Part shown: positions 61,278-64,000 of the stretch, piece by piece
How positions within the stretch are numbered: position 1 is the stretch's first letter
Layout of the letters: every line of letters begins with the position of its first letter
Assembly (NCBI RefSeq): GCF_009914755.1
Contig: NC_060932.1
Direction: 5' to 3' (one strand)
DNA length: 64,000 bases
Origin: the human T2T-CHM13v2.0 reference genome, Homo sapiens
The notes under the pieces: model-generated
Database searches by the model: none
The model's input: the letters and a program-made list of their open reading frames with translations, nothing else
Told to the model about the DNA's origin: nothing
Program-made: the position numbers and the translations under genes

Positions 61278-61752
61278 AATGGTGACCATTAAAAAGTCAG
61301 GAAACAACAGGTGCTGGAGAGGATGTGGAGAAATAGGAACACTTTTACACTGTTGCTGGGACTGTAAACTAGTTCAACCATTGTGGAAGACAGTGTGGCG
61401 ATTCCTCAAGAATCTAGAACTAGAAATACCATTTGACCCAGCCATCCCATTACTGGGTATATACCCAAAGGATTATAAATCATGCTGCTATAAAGACACA
61501 TGCACACGTATGTTTATTGCAGCACTATTCACAATAGCAAAGACTTGGAACCAACCCAAACGTCCATCAGTGATAGACTGGATTAAGAAAATGTGGCACA
61601 TATACACCATGGAATACTATGCAGCCATAAAAAAGGATGAGTTCATGTCCTTTGCAGGGATATGGATGAAGCTGGAAACCATCATTCTCAGCAAACTATT
61701 GCAAGGACAAAAAACCAAACACCGCATGTTCTCACTCATAGGTGGGAATTGA
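61252..61752 (+). pseudogene. L1 ORF2 C-terminal cysteine-rich fragment
   Basis: [34 protein letters not shown]. Confidence 0.85.
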
Positions 61753-63166
61753 ACAATGAGAACACTTGGACACAGGAAGGGGAACATCACACACCAGGGC
61801 CTGTCATGGGGTGGGGGAGGGGGGAGGGATAGCATTAGGAGATATACCTAATGTAAATGATGAGTTAATGGGTTCAGCACACCAACATGGCACATGTATA
61901 CATATGTAACAAACCTGCATGTTGTGCACATGTATCCTAGAACTTAAAGTATAATAAAATGAATAAATAAATAAATAAAAAGAATTCTGCTAGGATGTCA
62001 CAGTGGAATCCTAGAGAAATAACTGAAAAAGAAAAGATGCCAATTGCAAAAAAAAGTTTTGACATTCAGATTCTGTCTTGAATAAAGATAATTTGCAAAG
62101 TTCAGCAAGAATTCTTAACTATAACATCTGTTGATAACTCCAAGTTATATAGATTTCACAAATGTATAAAATACATAAAATTATCATTTAACTGTGCTTC
62201 AAACAATTCAACTCTTCAACTTGAAGTAAAATTTTTGTTTCCCGATGTGCAGAAGTAAACCTGGAAAGTTCTTTAAAAAGAGAAGATTTGCATTGAGCTT
62301 TAAAGTAATTTTGAAGGAATATTTATAATTTTAGTTATTGCTAGGCATCGTTCAGGAGATCTAGACTAAATGCACCCCATCTATCCGCCACTTATAGTCC
62401 CAGAACAAGTCATTTAACCTCAACATGACTTAATATTTCTCCTCTAAAATATATACAATATAAACAGGGTATTGGATAGTTAACTAAATTCACTCAGGAG
62501 CTACATACCTTACTCTTGCAATGCAAAACAGTTTAAAAAGTTTTTTTGCCTCCACTTAATCAAAAATCACAAGATTTCATGGACCTTTGGAGTTTTGTTT
62601 TTTGAGTAGTGAAAGTCTGGGATGCTAAAGTGGTGAATACCAAGAGTCCATGCTATAATGCTGGTCCATTTTAAATGTTCAGTCTGTGAGTGTACACGTA
62701 TTTGATGCTAAGCATGGGACCTTAATAAAAATTACTATCAGGTCAATATTGAGCCAAGAAAACATCACAGAAATCCCATAGAAGAGAAACTCAAATTTAG
62801 GAAAATCCACCTCAGCCTGCTCTTTTAAAATACTTTATGGAAGATGCTAGGGAGGAACAGAAGCTAGAGTAAGATTTAAATAAATGATAGATTGATAGCT
62901 CTAATGCTAGAATTTTTTTTACCAGATATTTCTTTTTCCTTAAAGTTCTCTTTCTATTAGCAGTTTCTATCTGCTTTTGAGTGATTTATTGGAACTACTT
63001 TAATTTCCCCCAGCTGTCACAGCTGAGTGAACTAACAGGCCTTTGAGAGGTTAACCACATCCCATTACAATTATTGCTTTTGTATCCAATTAGAGCACCT
63101 AGGTCTAGCATGGATATTGGCATAAATTAAAGTAGGTGACAATCATGCACTTAAAAACAGGAGAGA

Positions 63167-63205
63167 TGTGTGTGTGTTTGTGTGTGTGTCTGTGTGTGTG
63201 TGTGT
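63167..63205. repeat. Interrupted (TG)n microsatellite
   Basis: Seen directly. Confidence 0.9.
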
Positions 63206-64000
63206 TTGGAAATGGGTGGGGTAAAAACTTGCACCCTTATTGAAAATCTTCAAAGAGATTTAGAAAACAATATACTTTTTTTGTTATTCACCTTTTTAAA
63301 CAAATATATTGATTTTTCACAATTTAATCTGTGGTGAATAAATATTGCTATAAAGCCTCCTGATCTTAATAGTTCTAGCCACAATAGATATTTTCTTCTC
63401 AGTAGGGCCATTGGGAAATATGCCTTTGTCAGGTCTTTTCTTCCAATTATATGCTATGGCACATACAGAGAAGATAAAACTTGGCCTCTGACCTCTGCAG
63501 TTTTACTATGGGTTGGTTTTCTCATTTCTGCATTGCTGACTTTTGAAATAGAGGCAATGATTTCCTTTGTGACAATCAATATTTTTAAAAAATCAATTTC
63601 GTTAATGCCTTTTCATTATTATATTCACCAGCAAAAGACAGTTTATTGCAACTAATCATTTAGAATTGAAGAGACTTTTGTATTCTCTCTACCTTGCTTA
63701 CACACACCTTCACACATACAATTTTATTCCCAAGATGTTACATCTTTGTTTCCTAACAACTTTATTTTATTCTGAAATAAACTCAGGTAATTGGATCAGG
63801 ATATTTCTCAGCAGGGCTAAATTTGTTTCTAAATATTGCCAGCTCACTTCCAAATTTTCAATAGGTTGTTGCCACATCTATGCTGAAAACAAAGACAGAC
63901 TTGGTATTTAATAGAATATTTCTTTGTGTGTGTGTGTGTTTCCCATATCACCAACTCATTTCTTTACCTTGGGATTCTTTCACTCCATGTATACCACCAA

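Overview
AT-rich, CpG-depleted primate (human-like) genomic DNA, intronic or intergenic. There is no CpG island, no recognisable host protein-coding exon and no RNA gene. Much of the window is interspersed repeat: L1s of many ages, Alu/FLAM, MaLR/ERV LTRs, hAT and Tigger MITEs, MIR and L2. All long ORFs are L1-derived or come from low-complexity sequence. I found no evidence of a new biological system. The interesting signal is structural: two twin-primed (5'-inverted) L1 insertions, one of which creates chimeric ORFs and leaves a stand-alone endonuclease ORF with its catalytic motifs intact; two three-layer nested insertions with readable target-site duplications (TSDs); a ~200 bp non-tandem templated duplication whose direction can be inferred; a fold-back micro-inversion; and a series of short tandem duplications. 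Subfamily calls come from remembered consensus motifs, not from a search, and old-repeat boundaries are approximate.
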